A DNA stretch of 37,024 nt, from positions 1-37,024 of the forward strand of contig JAQGDQ010002440.1 in NCBI GenBank assembly GCA_030141605.1. The letters run 5' to 3'. Numbering within the stretch: position 1 is the first letter of the stretch; the number at the start of each line of letters is the position of its first letter. Under the pieces are notes generated by a model. It had not been told where the DNA came from. It saw only the letters and a list, made by a program, of their open reading frames with translations, and searched no databases. The stretch is from Tubiluchus corallicola (Eukaryota > Animalia > Priapulida). A program made the translations under genes and the position numbers. Shown here piece by piece: positions 20,436 to 31,997 of this stretch.

Positions 20436-20482
20436 ACTATGCTAAATTTGACTATTAACTTAAACAGAAAGGAGCAATATTT

Positions 20483-21913
20483 ATGTATGACATAGTAATA
20501 ATAGGAGCTGGAATAAGTGGAGCTAGTATTGCTAGAGAACTTTCAAAGTATTCATTAAAAATATTAGTACTCGAAAAGGAAAATGATGTTTCAAATGGAA
20601 CAACTAAAGCAAATTCAGCAATAGTACATGCAGGATATGATGCACCACCTGGTACTTTAATGGCGAAGTATAACGCTCTAGGTAATAAAATGTTTACTAG
20701 CATTTGTAAAGATTTGAATGTCCCTTTCAAAAGAATAGGCTCTTTAGTTTTAGCTTTTAATGAAAAGGAAAAAGAACATTTAAAAGAGCTCTATAAAAAA
20801 GGAATTGAAAATAATATTCCTGATATGGAAATTATTTCAGGGGAAGAAGTAAGAAATATAGAACCTAACATAAGTGGAAAAGTAGTTGAAGCACTACATG
20901 CAAAAACTGCTGGAATAGTGGGACCATGGGAACTATGTATAGCTCTTCTGGAAAATGCTGTTATTAATGGAGTACACCTACAATTAAAAACAGAAGTTAT
21001 CGATATAGAAAATACACAAGAATGTTACAAAATACATACTAATACTGGAAGTATTAAATCAAAGGTCATTGTTAATGCAGCGGGAATATATGCAGATAAA
21101 ATACACAACATGGTATCTCCTCCAACATTTAAAATAATCCCTAGGAGAGGGCAATACTTTGTTTTAGATAAAACGCAAGGAAGCATAATTAATAAAGTAC
21201 TGTTTCAGTGTCCTAGTAAACTAGGAAAAGGGGTTTTAATAACTCCAACAGTACATGGGAATTTGCTAGTTGGACCTGATTCAGAAGACATAGAAAGTAA
21301 AGACAATTTATCAACTACAGGAAACCGTTTGGATTATATAAAAGAAACTGCTGCAAAATCAATAAAAAACATTAACTATAGAGACTCTATACGAAATTTT
21401 GCAGGTTTAAGAGCAAATCCTAGCACAAATGATTTTATTATCGAAGAATCTAAAAATTCACCTAATTTTTTTAATGTAGCAGGAATTAAGTCTCCTGGTT
21501 TATCTTCAGCTTTTGCTTTTGCAGAAGATTTAGCTAAAATGGTGATTAAAAAATTTAATAATGTAGATATAAATAAAGAATACACTCTATATAGAAAACA
21601 AATTGTTTTTAATGAACTATCACAAGAAGAAAAAAATGAGCTTATCAAAAAAAATTCTACATATGGAAAAATAGTATGTAGGTGTGAAGCTATAACAGAA
21701 GGAGAAATAATAGATAGTATAAGAAGACCTGTTGGAGCAAGAACTTTAGATGGTATAAAAAAAAGATGTCGGCCAGGAATGGGAAGGTGCCAAGGTGGAT
21801 TTTGTGGCCCTAAAATCCAAGAAATTTTAGCAAGAGAATTAGGTGTAGAATTAGAAGATGTAATTTTAGATAAAGAAGGCTCATATATACTAACTGGAAA
21901 AACAAAGAATTAG
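20483..21913 (+). CDS. FAD-dependent oxidoreductase with C-terminal BFD-like [2Fe-2S] domain; probable glycerol-3-phosphate dehydrogenase (GlpA/LhgO-like) subunit
   Basis: GAGISG Rossmann motif, TTKANSAIVHAGYD, GIKSPGL and VCRCE...GMGRCQGGFC. Context with glpK and glpQ. Confidence 0.85.
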   Translation: MYDIVIIGAGISGASIARELSKYSLKILVLEKENDVSNGTTKANSAIVHAGYDAPPGTLMAKYNALGNKMFTSICKDLNVPFKRIGSLVLAFNEKEKEHLKELYKKGIENNIPDMEIISGEEVRNIEPNISGKVVEALHAKTAGIVGPWELCIALLENAVINGVHLQLKTEVIDIENTQECYKIHTNTGSIKSKVIVNAAGIYADKIHNMVSPPTFKIIPRRGQYFVLDKTQGSIINKVLFQCPSKLGKGVLITPTVHGNLLVGPDSEDIESKDNLSTTGNRLDYIKETAAKSIKNINYRDSIRNFAGLRANPSTNDFIIEESKNSPNFFNVAGIKSPGLSSAFAFAEDLAKMVIKKFNNVDINKEYTLYRKQIVFNELSQEEKNELIKKNSTYGKIVCRCEAITEGEIIDSIRRPVGARTLDGIKKRCRPGMGRCQGGFCGPKIQEILARELGVELEDVILDKEGSYILTGKTKN

Positions 21914-21949
21914 TTTTAAAATTTCATAAACTTTTTACGGAGGATAAAA

Positions 21950-23214
21950 ATGAAATATGATATTTGTATTATTGGAGGAGGACCTGCAGGCCTTGCTGCT
22001 GCTTTAGAAGCTAAAAAAAATGGTGTAGAAAGTGTTCTTATATTAGAAAGAGATAAAGAGTTAGAGGTATACTACAGCAGTGTATACACAATGGCTTTGG
22101 ATTGCATGAATTTAATGAAGAGCTTACAGGCCCAGAATATGCACAAAGATTTATTAATGATGTAAAAAAAGAAAATATTGATATAAAATTAGAAACAATG
22201 GTACTTACTATAACAAAGGATAAAAAAATACATATTATTACTCCTAAAAATGGTTATGTGATAATAGAAGCAAAAGCAATTATATTTGCCATGGGTTGTA
22301 GAGAAAGAACTAGGGGAGCTGTATCAATTCCAGGAGATAGGCCTTCAGGAATTTTAACTGCTGGAACAGCTCAAAGGTACATAAATATGGAAGGATATAT
22401 GGTAGGTAAAGAAGTGGTTATACTAGGATCTGGAGATATAGGTTTAATCATGGCTAGGAGGATGACTTTAGAAGGAGCAAAGGTAAAAGCTGTTGCAGAA
22501 CTTATGCCATATTCTGGGGGATTAACTAGGAATATAGTGCAATGTTTAGACGATTACGACATCCCCCTTTTACTAAACCATACAGTAACTTATATAAAGG
22601 GAAAAAAAAGATTAGAATCAGTTATTATTTCAGAAGTTGATCAAAGCAGAAAACCTATAAAAGGAACAGAAAAAGAATATAAATGTGACACACTATTGCT
22701 ATCTGTTGGTCTTATACCAGAAAATGAGCTTTCGCTATCAATGGGAATTGATATAGACACAAAAACAAACGGTCCAATTGTAAATGAAATTATGGAAACC
22801 AATATTAAAGGAGTTTTTGCATGTGGAAATGTAGTGCATGTACATGATTTAGTAGATTTTGTTTCTGAGGAAAGTAGAAAGGCAGGAAAAGGAGCTGCTA
22901 GGTATATAAAGAATAATATTTCTGAATCAGATAATTATATTTTTATAAAACCTAAAGACAATATAACATATACAGTTCCACAAAAGATAAGAGTTGAGAA
23001 TATAGAATCAAGACTAGAACTATTTTTTAGAGTAAACCAAGTGATACAAAATGCAAAAATTAATATTCATTCTGGAAATAATATTATTTATTCAATAAAA
23101 AAGAAACATTTAGCTCCTGGCGAGATGGAGAAAATAAACATAAAAAAAGAAATTATTGACAAAGTAGATAGTAAAGAAATCTATGTATCAATATCTAAAG
23201 AGGTGGACTTATAA
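21950..23214 (+). CDS. NAD(P)/FAD-dependent oxidoreductase (pyridine nucleotide-disulfide family), partner of the G3P dehydrogenase; one frameshift near 22064
   Basis: GGGPAGLAAA in ORF 21950-22165. GCRER, ILGSGDIGLIMARR and GVFACGNVVHVHD in ORF 22102-23214. Adding one G restores [23 protein letters not shown]. Confidence 0.88.
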
Positions 23215-23561
23215 TGAAAAAAGAATTAATATGTGTAGTATGCCCTATTGGTTGTCACATAAATGTAGATATAAAAAATAATTATAAGGTTGAGGGAAAC
23301 CTTTGCGCTAGAGGAGAAACATACGGCAAGGAAGAGCTTACAAACCCTGTTAGAGTAGTAACTTCAACTATAAAAATAAAAAAAGCAATATATGAAAGAG
23401 TGCCAATAAAAACAGATAAGGCTATACCAAAGCACTTAATATTTCAATGCATGGATATTATAAATAAATTATGTGTAGAATCCCCAGTAGAAATGGGTAA
23501 TATTGTTTATGAAAATATCTTAAATACTGGAGCTAATATAATAGTAACAAGAAATATGTAA
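23214..23561 (+). CDS. DUF1667 domain small Cys-rich (Fe-S/metal-binding) protein
   Basis: CVVCPIGC...GNLCARG and PVRVVTST. Translationally coupled (TAATG) to the upstream gene. Confidence 0.88.
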   Translation: MKKELICVVCPIGCHINVDIKNNYKVEGNLCARGETYGKEELTNPVRVVTSTIKIKKAIYERVPIKTDKAIPKHLIFQCMDIINKLCVESPVEMGNIVYENILNTGANIIVTRNM

Positions 23562-23648
23562 TACTACAAAATACTTGTTGTAATGTAATAATCTCTAATA
23601 TAAAAAAACGCCTAATTTTACCACGCTTTCTTAAATCAAAGGGGAATT

Positions 23649-24722
23649 ATGAAAAAAACACTTTTGTTATTAGCTATTTTAGGATTATTTAATGTTTATA
23701 TATTAAAAGGAGAGAAAGTAGACAATAAAAAAATTGTAATTGCTCACAGAGGAGCAAGTGGCTATCTTCCTGAACATAGTTTAGAGTCTAAGGCGATGGC
23801 TTATGCTATGGGAGCAGATTATATAGAGCAAGATATTGTTATGACAAAAGATGATAGACTTATAATTTTACATGATCATTATTTAGATAGAGTTACAAAT
23901 GTTGCAAAAGTTTTTCCAAATAGAAAAAGACCAGATGGAAGATATTATGTCATTGACTTTACTTTAGATGAAATAAAAAAACTCAACATGACAGAAGGGT
24001 TTTCTATTAAAGAAGGTAAAGACATAGCAAATTACCCATCAAGATTTCCTTTATGGAAATCTAAATTTGAAGTAAGTACTTTTGAAGAAGAAATTGAATT
24101 AATTCAAGGTCTAAATAAAAGCACTGGTAAAAATATTGGGATATATCCTGAAATAAAATCCCCTTGGTTTCACCATAATGAAGGCAAAGATATTGCTAAG
24201 GAAACATTAAAAGTATTAAAAAAATATGGATATGTAGATAAAAGTGACAAAATTTATTTACAGTGCTTTGATTTTAATGAGATAAAAAGAATAAAAACCA
24301 CTCTTTTCCCAGAAATGGATATGGAATTAAAGTTAGTACAACTTATTGCTGAAAATTCTTGGAAAGAAACTTTTGAGAAGGATAAAAATGGTGATCTCAT
24401 TCCTTACAATTATGAATGGATGTTCCAAAAGGGTGCAATGAAAGAAATATCTAAATATGTAGATGGTATAGGCCCATGGAAACCAATGCTAGTAGAAGGA
24501 AAAGATAATAACGATAACTTGATAATTACAAATATGGCAGAAGAAATTCATAAATATAATATGGAAATACACCCTTACACATTTAGGCTAGACAAAGATA
24601 AAATACCTGAATATGCAGAAGATTTTGAAGATTTGTTATATATTTTTTACAATATTGTTGGAGTTGAAGGAGTTTTTACAGATTTTCCTGATAAGGCAGT
24701 TAATTTTTTAAAAAATAAATAA
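23649..24722 (+). CDS. glpQ: Exported glycerophosphodiester phosphodiesterase GlpQ
   Basis: Signal-like N-terminus, IAHRGASGYLPEH, EQDIVMTKD, HDHYLD, YPEIKSPWFH, HPYTFR and GVFTDFPD. Confidence 0.93.
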   Translation: MKKTLLLLAILGLFNVYILKGEKVDNKKIVIAHRGASGYLPEHSLESKAMAYAMGADYIEQDIVMTKDDRLIILHDHYLDRVTNVAKVFPNRKRPDGRYYVIDFTLDEIKKLNMTEGFSIKEGKDIANYPSRFPLWKSKFEVSTFEEEIELIQGLNKSTGKNIGIYPEIKSPWFHHNEGKDIAKETLKVLKKYGYVDKSDKIYLQCFDFNEIKRIKTTLFPEMDMELKLVQLIAENSWKETFEKDKNGDLIPYNYEWMFQKGAMKEISKYVDGIGPWKPMLVEGKDNNDNLIITNMAEEIHKYNMEIHPYTFRLDKDKIPEYAEDFEDLLYIFYNIVGVEGVFTDFPDKAVNFLKNK

Positions 24723-24740
24723 ACTTTAGGAGGAAATACC

Positions 24741-25811
24741 ATGAGAAAAAAATTTTGCTTAATAATACCACTAATGACTTTAACGTTGTTTTTTATTAGC
24801 TGTAACAAAGAAAAAAATACTGCTAATACATCAGAAGAAAAAGCAGTTAGTGAAAAAGAAGTCACAAAAAGTGAAGGTAATGAAAAATCAAAAGAAGAGA
24901 GCTTTAAAATCAAGTTAAGTATGGTATTTAAGCCTTCAGAACTAGTAACTCAAGAGATAGAAAAAGTAGCAGAAAACATAAATAAAAGATCAAATGGTAG
25001 CATCATTATAGAGGTAGCCCATAGTGGACAACTACCTGTATATAAAGACAACTTAGAGCAAGTAGCTGCAGGATCAAATTGGATAGCAGTTGAAGATCCT
25101 TCATACATAGGAGACTACGTACCTGATTTTGCTGCTTTAGTAGGGCCTATGCTTTATGATACTTATGAAGAATACAAAACTATAGTAAAAAGTGAATTTG
25201 TTGACGACTTAAAAAAGAAAGCAGAAGAAAAGGGTATAAAAATATTAGCTTTAGACTATATTTTTGGCTTTAGAAACTTAATGACTAACAAAGAAATAAA
25301 ATCTCCTGAGGATTTAAAAGGTTTGAAAATTAGAGTACCTAATAGCCAACTTTGGGTAAAAACGTTATCAGCAATGGGTGCAAATCCAACTCCAATTCCT
25401 TTCACTGAAACATATGCAGGAATACAACAAGGTGTTGTAGAGGGGCTAGAAGGATCAATATTGACTATGTATTCTACAAAGATATATGAAGTAGTTAATA
25501 ATATGTCAATGACAAAACATTTTTTAGGAACAGCTGGGGTATATATTTCTCCTATTTTATGGGATAAGTTTTCAGAAAATCAACAAAATATAATTTTAGA
25601 AGAATTTGAAAAAGGCGCTATTGAAAATAATAAAAAAGTTGTTGAGCTAGATAAAGAATATAAAACAAAATTAGAAGAACTAGGTGTAAAATTTAATGAT
25701 GTAAATAAAGAAGAATTTAACGAATCAACAGCAGGAGTTTTTGAAGAATTTTCTTCTTGGAGCAAAGGTGTTCGAGAAACTATAATTGAAGAGCTTAATA
25801 AAGCTAAATAG
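24741..25811 (+). CDS. dctP: TRAP transporter solute-binding lipoprotein DctP (copy 1)
   Basis: Lipobox FFISC, GFRN, DLKGLKIRVP and GIQQGVVEGLE. Confidence 0.92.
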   Translation: MRKKFCLIIPLMTLTLFFISCNKEKNTANTSEEKAVSEKEVTKSEGNEKSKEESFKIKLSMVFKPSELVTQEIEKVAENINKRSNGSIIIEVAHSGQLPVYKDNLEQVAAGSNWIAVEDPSYIGDYVPDFAALVGPMLYDTYEEYKTIVKSEFVDDLKKKAEEKGIKILALDYIFGFRNLMTNKEIKSPEDLKGLKIRVPNSQLWVKTLSAMGANPTPIPFTETYAGIQQGVVEGLEGSILTMYSTKIYEVVNNMSMTKHFLGTAGVYISPILWDKFSENQQNIILEEFEKGAIENNKKVVELDKEYKTKLEELGVKFNDVNKEEFNESTAGVFEEFSSWSKGVRETIIEELNKAK

Positions 25812-25826
25812 AAATTAGGAGGAATT

Positions 25827-26869
25827 ATGAAAAAAAAATTGCTTATAATATTTATTATTATAATTATTACTTTATTATCAGCTAGCTGTGGAAAAAAAGA
25901 ATCTGCAGGAGCTAGTAAAAATAATGCTAATGCAGGACCAAGTAAGGAAAGTAATTTTGTTATAAAGCTAAGCACTAAGTTTGTAGATGATGAGCAAACT
26001 ACTAAATCACTTAAACTTGTAGTAGAAAAAATAAATGAGAGATCAAATGGTACTTTAGATATACAGTTATATCCTGGTGGACAACTACCAATAGGAAAAG
26101 ATAGCATGGAACAAGTTGTAAATGGTGCTAATTGGATATCTGTAGACGGATTAAATTTTATAGGAGATTATATTCCAGATTTTAATGCTATAGTTGGACC
26201 GATGCTTTATAAAAATTTTGATGAGTACTTAGAAATGACTCAAAGTAACTTAGTAAAAGATTTAAAAATTCAAGCAGAGAAAAAAGGAATAAAGTTACTA
26301 TCATTAGATTATTTATTTGGATTTAGAAGTATGCTTACAGACAGAGAGGTAAAAAAACCTGAAGATTTAGCTGGTTTAAAAATAAGGGTTCCAAACAGCC
26401 AACTTTATATGACAACTTTAAGTGCCATGGGAGCTAACCCAACAGCATTACCTTTTCCTGAAGTTCACAGTGGTATACAACAAGGAGTAGTAGATGGGTT
26501 AGAGGGATCTCTACTAACCATATATGGTACAAAAATATATGAAGTAAGAAAAAATGTTTCGCTTACAAAACACTTATTAGGTGTATCTGCTGTTTCTATA
26601 TCTCCAATTTTATGGGAAAAGTTATCTGAAAATCAAGAAAAATAATACAAGAAGAATTTGACGCAGGAGCAAAACATAACAATGAAATGACAATAAAGCT
26701 AACTGAAGAATATAAAGAAAAATTAGAAGAACTAGGAGTAAAGTTTAATGATGTAGATACTGAGTCTTTTATTAAATCAACAGCAAAAGTCTACGATCAA
26801 TTTCCAAAATGGTCACCTGGAATATATGATAAAATAACAGAAGAGCTTAATCGAATAAGATCCAAGTAA
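25827..26869 (+). CDS. dctP: TRAP transporter solute-binding lipoprotein DctP (copy 2), one frameshift near 26640
   Basis: Lipobox LSASC, GFRS, DLAGLKIRVP and QQGVVDGLE. ORF 26687-26869 matches the C-terminus of copy 1, and one extra A in the run at 26638-26642 joins the two parts. Confidence 0.9.
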
Positions 26870-26948
26870 AATTTTACTATATATAAATTATTTACTAATA
26901 TTGTTTTTCATTAACTTATGAATATTACTCTTTGGAGGATATGATTTT

Positions 26949-27467
26949 ATGAAAGATTTTTTTAAAAATATAGAAGTTAAATTAGGAAGTATTACTATCT
27001 CTATTACAGTTATTTGTGTAATAATGAATGTTATTTCTAGGTATGGATTTGGAAAAACATTTCCTTGGGTGGAAGAAGTATCAGTAGGTTGTTTTATTTG
27101 GACGGTATTTTTAGGAGCAACAGCTGCCTACAAAGAAAAATCTCTTATAGGAGTAGATATCTTGACTCAAATGCTACCTTTTAAAGGAAAGAGAGTTTTA
27201 GAGCTTATTGTTTATTTATTTTTATTTTTATTAAACGCATCGCTATTAGTTTTAAGTTATAATTATGTTAAAGGGTCAAACAAAATAACTTCAGCACTAG
27301 AAATATCATATATTTATATTAATTCAGCCTTAATCGTTTCTTTTGGACTTATGACTTTATACTCTCTAAAGTTTTTAGTACAAGATATACTGCTTTTTAT
27401 ACAAGATCAAAATAACAAAAACGATATGGATAAATATGCTGATGATGTACATGAGCAGTTCAGTTAA
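26949..27467 (+). CDS. dctQ: TRAP transporter small permease DctQ
   Basis: NVISRY, WVEEVS and WTVFLGA; 4 TM segments. Confidence 0.92.
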   Translation: MKDFFKNIEVKLGSITISITVICVIMNVISRYGFGKTFPWVEEVSVGCFIWTVFLGATAAYKEKSLIGVDILTQMLPFKGKRVLELIVYLFLFLLNASLLVLSYNYVKGSNKITSALEISYIYINSALIVSFGLMTLYSLKFLVQDILLFIQDQNNKNDMDKYADDVHEQFS

Positions 27468-27501
27468 TTAGTATTTTAATCTAATTTTGAAAGGAGTATG
27501 A

Positions 27502-28791
27502 ATGGAAAGTTTTTATCCTATAATAATTTTATTTATTTTGTTTTTTCTAAATATTCCAATTGCTTTTGCTTTAATTGGATCATCAATGTACTATTTTATA
27601 TTTATTCAAGATGTTATACCTATAAACCTAGTAATGCAAAGATTTATATCTTCAATAGAGTCTTTTCCTCTTTTAGCAATTCCATTTTTTATAATGGTTG
27701 GGTCAGTTATGAATTATTCTGGAATTAGTTCCAGCTTAATGCAAATGGCAGAAGTTTTAACTGGACACATGATAGGAGGATTAGCACAAGTAAATGTAGT
27801 TTTAAGTGCAATGATGGGAGGTATATCTGGTTCAGCAAATGCAGATGCAGCTATGCAATCAAAAATATTAGTTCCTGAAATGAAAAAAAGAGGGTTTTCA
27901 GCACCTTTTTCAGCTGCGGTAACAGCTGCTTCTTCTTCTGTTAGCCCAGTAATTCCACCAGGAACTAATCTTATAATATATGCTCTTATAGCCAATGTGT
28001 CTGTATCTAAAATGTTTTTAGCTGGTTATACTCCAGGAATACTTATGACTATAGCTCTAATGATAACAGTACATTTTATATCTAAAAAGAGAGGCTACAC
28101 ACCTTCAAGAAAAGGTAGAGCAAGCTTTTCTGAAATATTTAAACAATTTATAAGATCTATATGGGCTTTAATGATACCATTTGGCATTATTTTAGGAATG
28201 CGTTTTGGCTTATTCACCCCTACAGAAGCTGGAGGAATCGCTGTATTATTTTGTTTTATTGTAGGTTTTTTAATATATAAAAAGTTAAAAATAAGTCATA
28301 TCCCAACTATTTTAAAAGATACTGTCTATGGAACAGGGTCAGTTATGTTAATTATTGTAGGAGCAAAAGTTTTTGGATATTACTTAACATTGGAGGGAAT
28401 CCCACAAAAAATTACTTCATTTTTGATTAATTTTACAGATAATACATTTGTATTATTGATACTTATTAATGTATTGCTACTATTTATAGGTATGTTTATA
28501 GAAGGAGGAGCTGCCCTTATAATATTAGCTCCATTATTAGTTCCTGCTGTTAGCAATATTGGAGTGGATCCAATACATTTCGGTGTCATCTTAATAGTAA
28601 ATATAATGATCGGAGGAATAACTCCACCTTTTGGGTCTATGATGTTTACTACATGTACTATTGTTGGTATAAAACTTGATGACTTTGTAAAGGAAATTAT
28701 ACCTTTTATTGTAGCTTTACTACTCGTATTGCTACTCTTAACTTACGCAGCCCCTGTTGCATTATTTATTCCAAATTTATTAGGTGGTTAA
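27502..28791 (+). CDS. dctM: TRAP transporter large permease DctM
   Basis: LLAIPFFI, GGISGSANAD, IPPG, FTPTEAG, DPIHFG and ITPPFG. Confidence 0.95.
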   Translation: MESFYPIIILFILFFLNIPIAFALIGSSMYYFIFIQDVIPINLVMQRFISSIESFPLLAIPFFIMVGSVMNYSGISSSLMQMAEVLTGHMIGGLAQVNVVLSAMMGGISGSANADAAMQSKILVPEMKKRGFSAPFSAAVTAASSSVSPVIPPGTNLIIYALIANVSVSKMFLAGYTPGILMTIALMITVHFISKKRGYTPSRKGRASFSEIFKQFIRSIWALMIPFGIILGMRFGLFTPTEAGGIAVLFCFIVGFLIYKKLKISHIPTILKDTVYGTGSVMLIIVGAKVFGYYLTLEGIPQKITSFLINFTDNTFVLLILINVLLLFIGMFIEGGAALIILAPLLVPAVSNIGVDPIHFGVILIVNIMIGGITPPFGSMMFTTCTIVGIKLDDFVKEIIPFIVALLLVLLLLTYAAPVALFIPNLLGG

Positions 28792-28822
28792 AATATAATT
28801 AAAATATTTAGGAGTGGCATTT

Positions 28823-29617
28823 ATGAGCAAGTTAAAAAATAAAAAATGTTTTATATTTGATATGGATGGTACAATATATTTAGGAGATGAATTTATAGAT
28901 GGAGCTTTAGCTTTAATAAAGCTTCTTGAAGAACTAGGCATAAAATACTTATTTTTAACTAATAATTCTTCTAAAAGTCAAGAGATCTATCAAAATAAAA
29001 TGAAACATATGGGATTAAATATAGAAAAAGAAAAAATTTTCACATCAGGTGAAGCAACTAGAATATATATAAATAAGTTCAAACCTAATTCTAAGATATT
29101 TTTGTTAGGAAACGAATATTTAGAAAAAGAATTTGAAAAAGATGGATTTAAGCTGATTAAAAAAAGAAATCAAAGTCCTGATTACATAGTTCTTGGCTTT
29201 GATACCTCTTTAACATATGAAAAAATATGGATAGCTTGTGATTATATTAATGAAGGGGTTGAATTTTTAGCAACTCACCCAGACTTTGTATGTCCATTAC
29301 CTAAAGGTAAAACAATGCCAGATACAGGTGCAATGATAAAAATGTTTGAGGCAGCTACAGGAGTCACAGCAAAAGTCATAGGAAAGCCAAATAAACTTAT
29401 TGTAGAATCTATATTAAATAAATATGATTTAGAAAAAGAAGAAGTTGTTATAGTAGGAGATAGATTATATACAGATATAAAGTTAGGTAAAAATGCTGGA
29501 ATAGATTCCATTTTAGTTTTAAGTGGAGAAGCTGAGGTAAACGATATAAAGGTAGCAGGAATTATGCCAACTTATGTAATGGAATCAGTAAAAGAAATTT
29601 ACAATAAAATTAAATAA
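28823..29617 (+). CDS. HAD-IIA (NagD-like) phosphatase
   Basis: FDMDGTIY (motif I), LTNNS, IGKP and VGDRLYTDI. Confidence 0.92.
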   Translation: MSKLKNKKCFIFDMDGTIYLGDEFIDGALALIKLLEELGIKYLFLTNNSSKSQEIYQNKMKHMGLNIEKEKIFTSGEATRIYINKFKPNSKIFLLGNEYLEKEFEKDGFKLIKKRNQSPDYIVLGFDTSLTYEKIWIACDYINEGVEFLATHPDFVCPLPKGKTMPDTGAMIKMFEAATGVTAKVIGKPNKLIVESILNKYDLEKEEVVIVGDRLYTDIKLGKNAGIDSILVLSGEAEVNDIKVAGIMPTYVMESVKEIYNKIK

Positions 29618-29627
29618 GGAGAAACCT

Positions 29628-30335
29628 ATGTTAATATTAGGCCATAGAGGTGATTCGGCTCATGCTCCAGAAAACACTTTAGCAGCAATAAAGTTAGCTT
29701 TTGAAAAAAATTGTGATGGAATAGAAATTGATGTACAATTAACTAAAGACAAAGAGCTCGTAGTATTTCATGATTGGGATGTAGAGCGAACAACAAACGG
29801 GACAGGGTTTGTATCTAATTTTAATTTATCTAAATTAAAAACTCTAGATACTGGTTCTTGGTTTTCTAAAAAATATAAAAATGAAAAAATTGCCACTTTG
29901 AAAGAAATATTAGAAGTAGTCCCCAATAATAAGTTAGTAAATATCGAACTCAAAGTAAGACATGGTAAAAAAACAGATATTGAAATAAGAGTCTTGAAAT
30001 TATTAGAAAAAATGAATATGTCTTCAAATACAATTTTATCATCATTTAATCATAGAGTCATAAAAAATATTAATGGTATAGACTCAAAAATTAAGACAGG
30101 ACTTTTAATAACTTCTAGTTTATTAAATATTAAAGAATATATAAAGTCTAATAACTTAAACCTGTATAGCTTGCACTTAAGTGGTGAGTTTTTAGATAAG
30201 AGCACAGTAGATGAAATGAAGAAGGAAAATGTAAAAATATATGCCTGGACAATAAATACAAAAGAAGAAGCTGAAAAAATGAAAAACTTTGGTGTTGATG
30301 GAATAATAACAAATTATCCAGAAATTTTAGATTAG
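29628..30335 (+). CDS. Cytoplasmic glycerophosphodiester phosphodiesterase (UgpQ-like)
   Basis: GHRG..AHAPENTL, IEIDVQLTKD, FHD, NIELK, WTIN and GVDGIITN. No signal peptide. Confidence 0.92.
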   Translation: MLILGHRGDSAHAPENTLAAIKLAFEKNCDGIEIDVQLTKDKELVVFHDWDVERTTNGTGFVSNFNLSKLKTLDTGSWFSKKYKNEKIATLKEILEVVPNNKLVNIELKVRHGKKTDIEIRVLKLLEKMNMSSNTILSSFNHRVIKNINGIDSKIKTGLLITSSLLNIKEYIKSNNLNLYSLHLSGEFLDKSTVDEMKKENVKIYAWTINTKEEAEKMKNFGVDGIITNYPEILD

Positions 30336-30339
30336 CTAA

Positions 30340-31854
<1,515 letters not shown>

Positions 31855-31963
31855 AAAATCTATTTATAAATAAAAAAACTTAAATATTTTTATACTAGTA
31901 AGTTATAATTAAATTAAAATTCCTATGTTTATAAAATTTATAAGAATTTTCTTTATTAAAATT

Positions 31964-31997
31964 AAAAAATACCACTATAAGTATAGTGGTATTTTTT
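31964..31997. terminator. Bidirectional intrinsic terminator (end of the glp operon and of the MBL gene)
   Basis: Perfect inverted repeat AAAAAATACCACTATA-AG-TATAGTGGTATTTTTT. Confidence 0.85.

Noticed and set aside
26687-26869. 60-aa ORF as a separate TRAP accessory subunit
   Set aside because: It aligns with the C-terminus of DctP copy 1 and is the frameshifted tail of copy 2.
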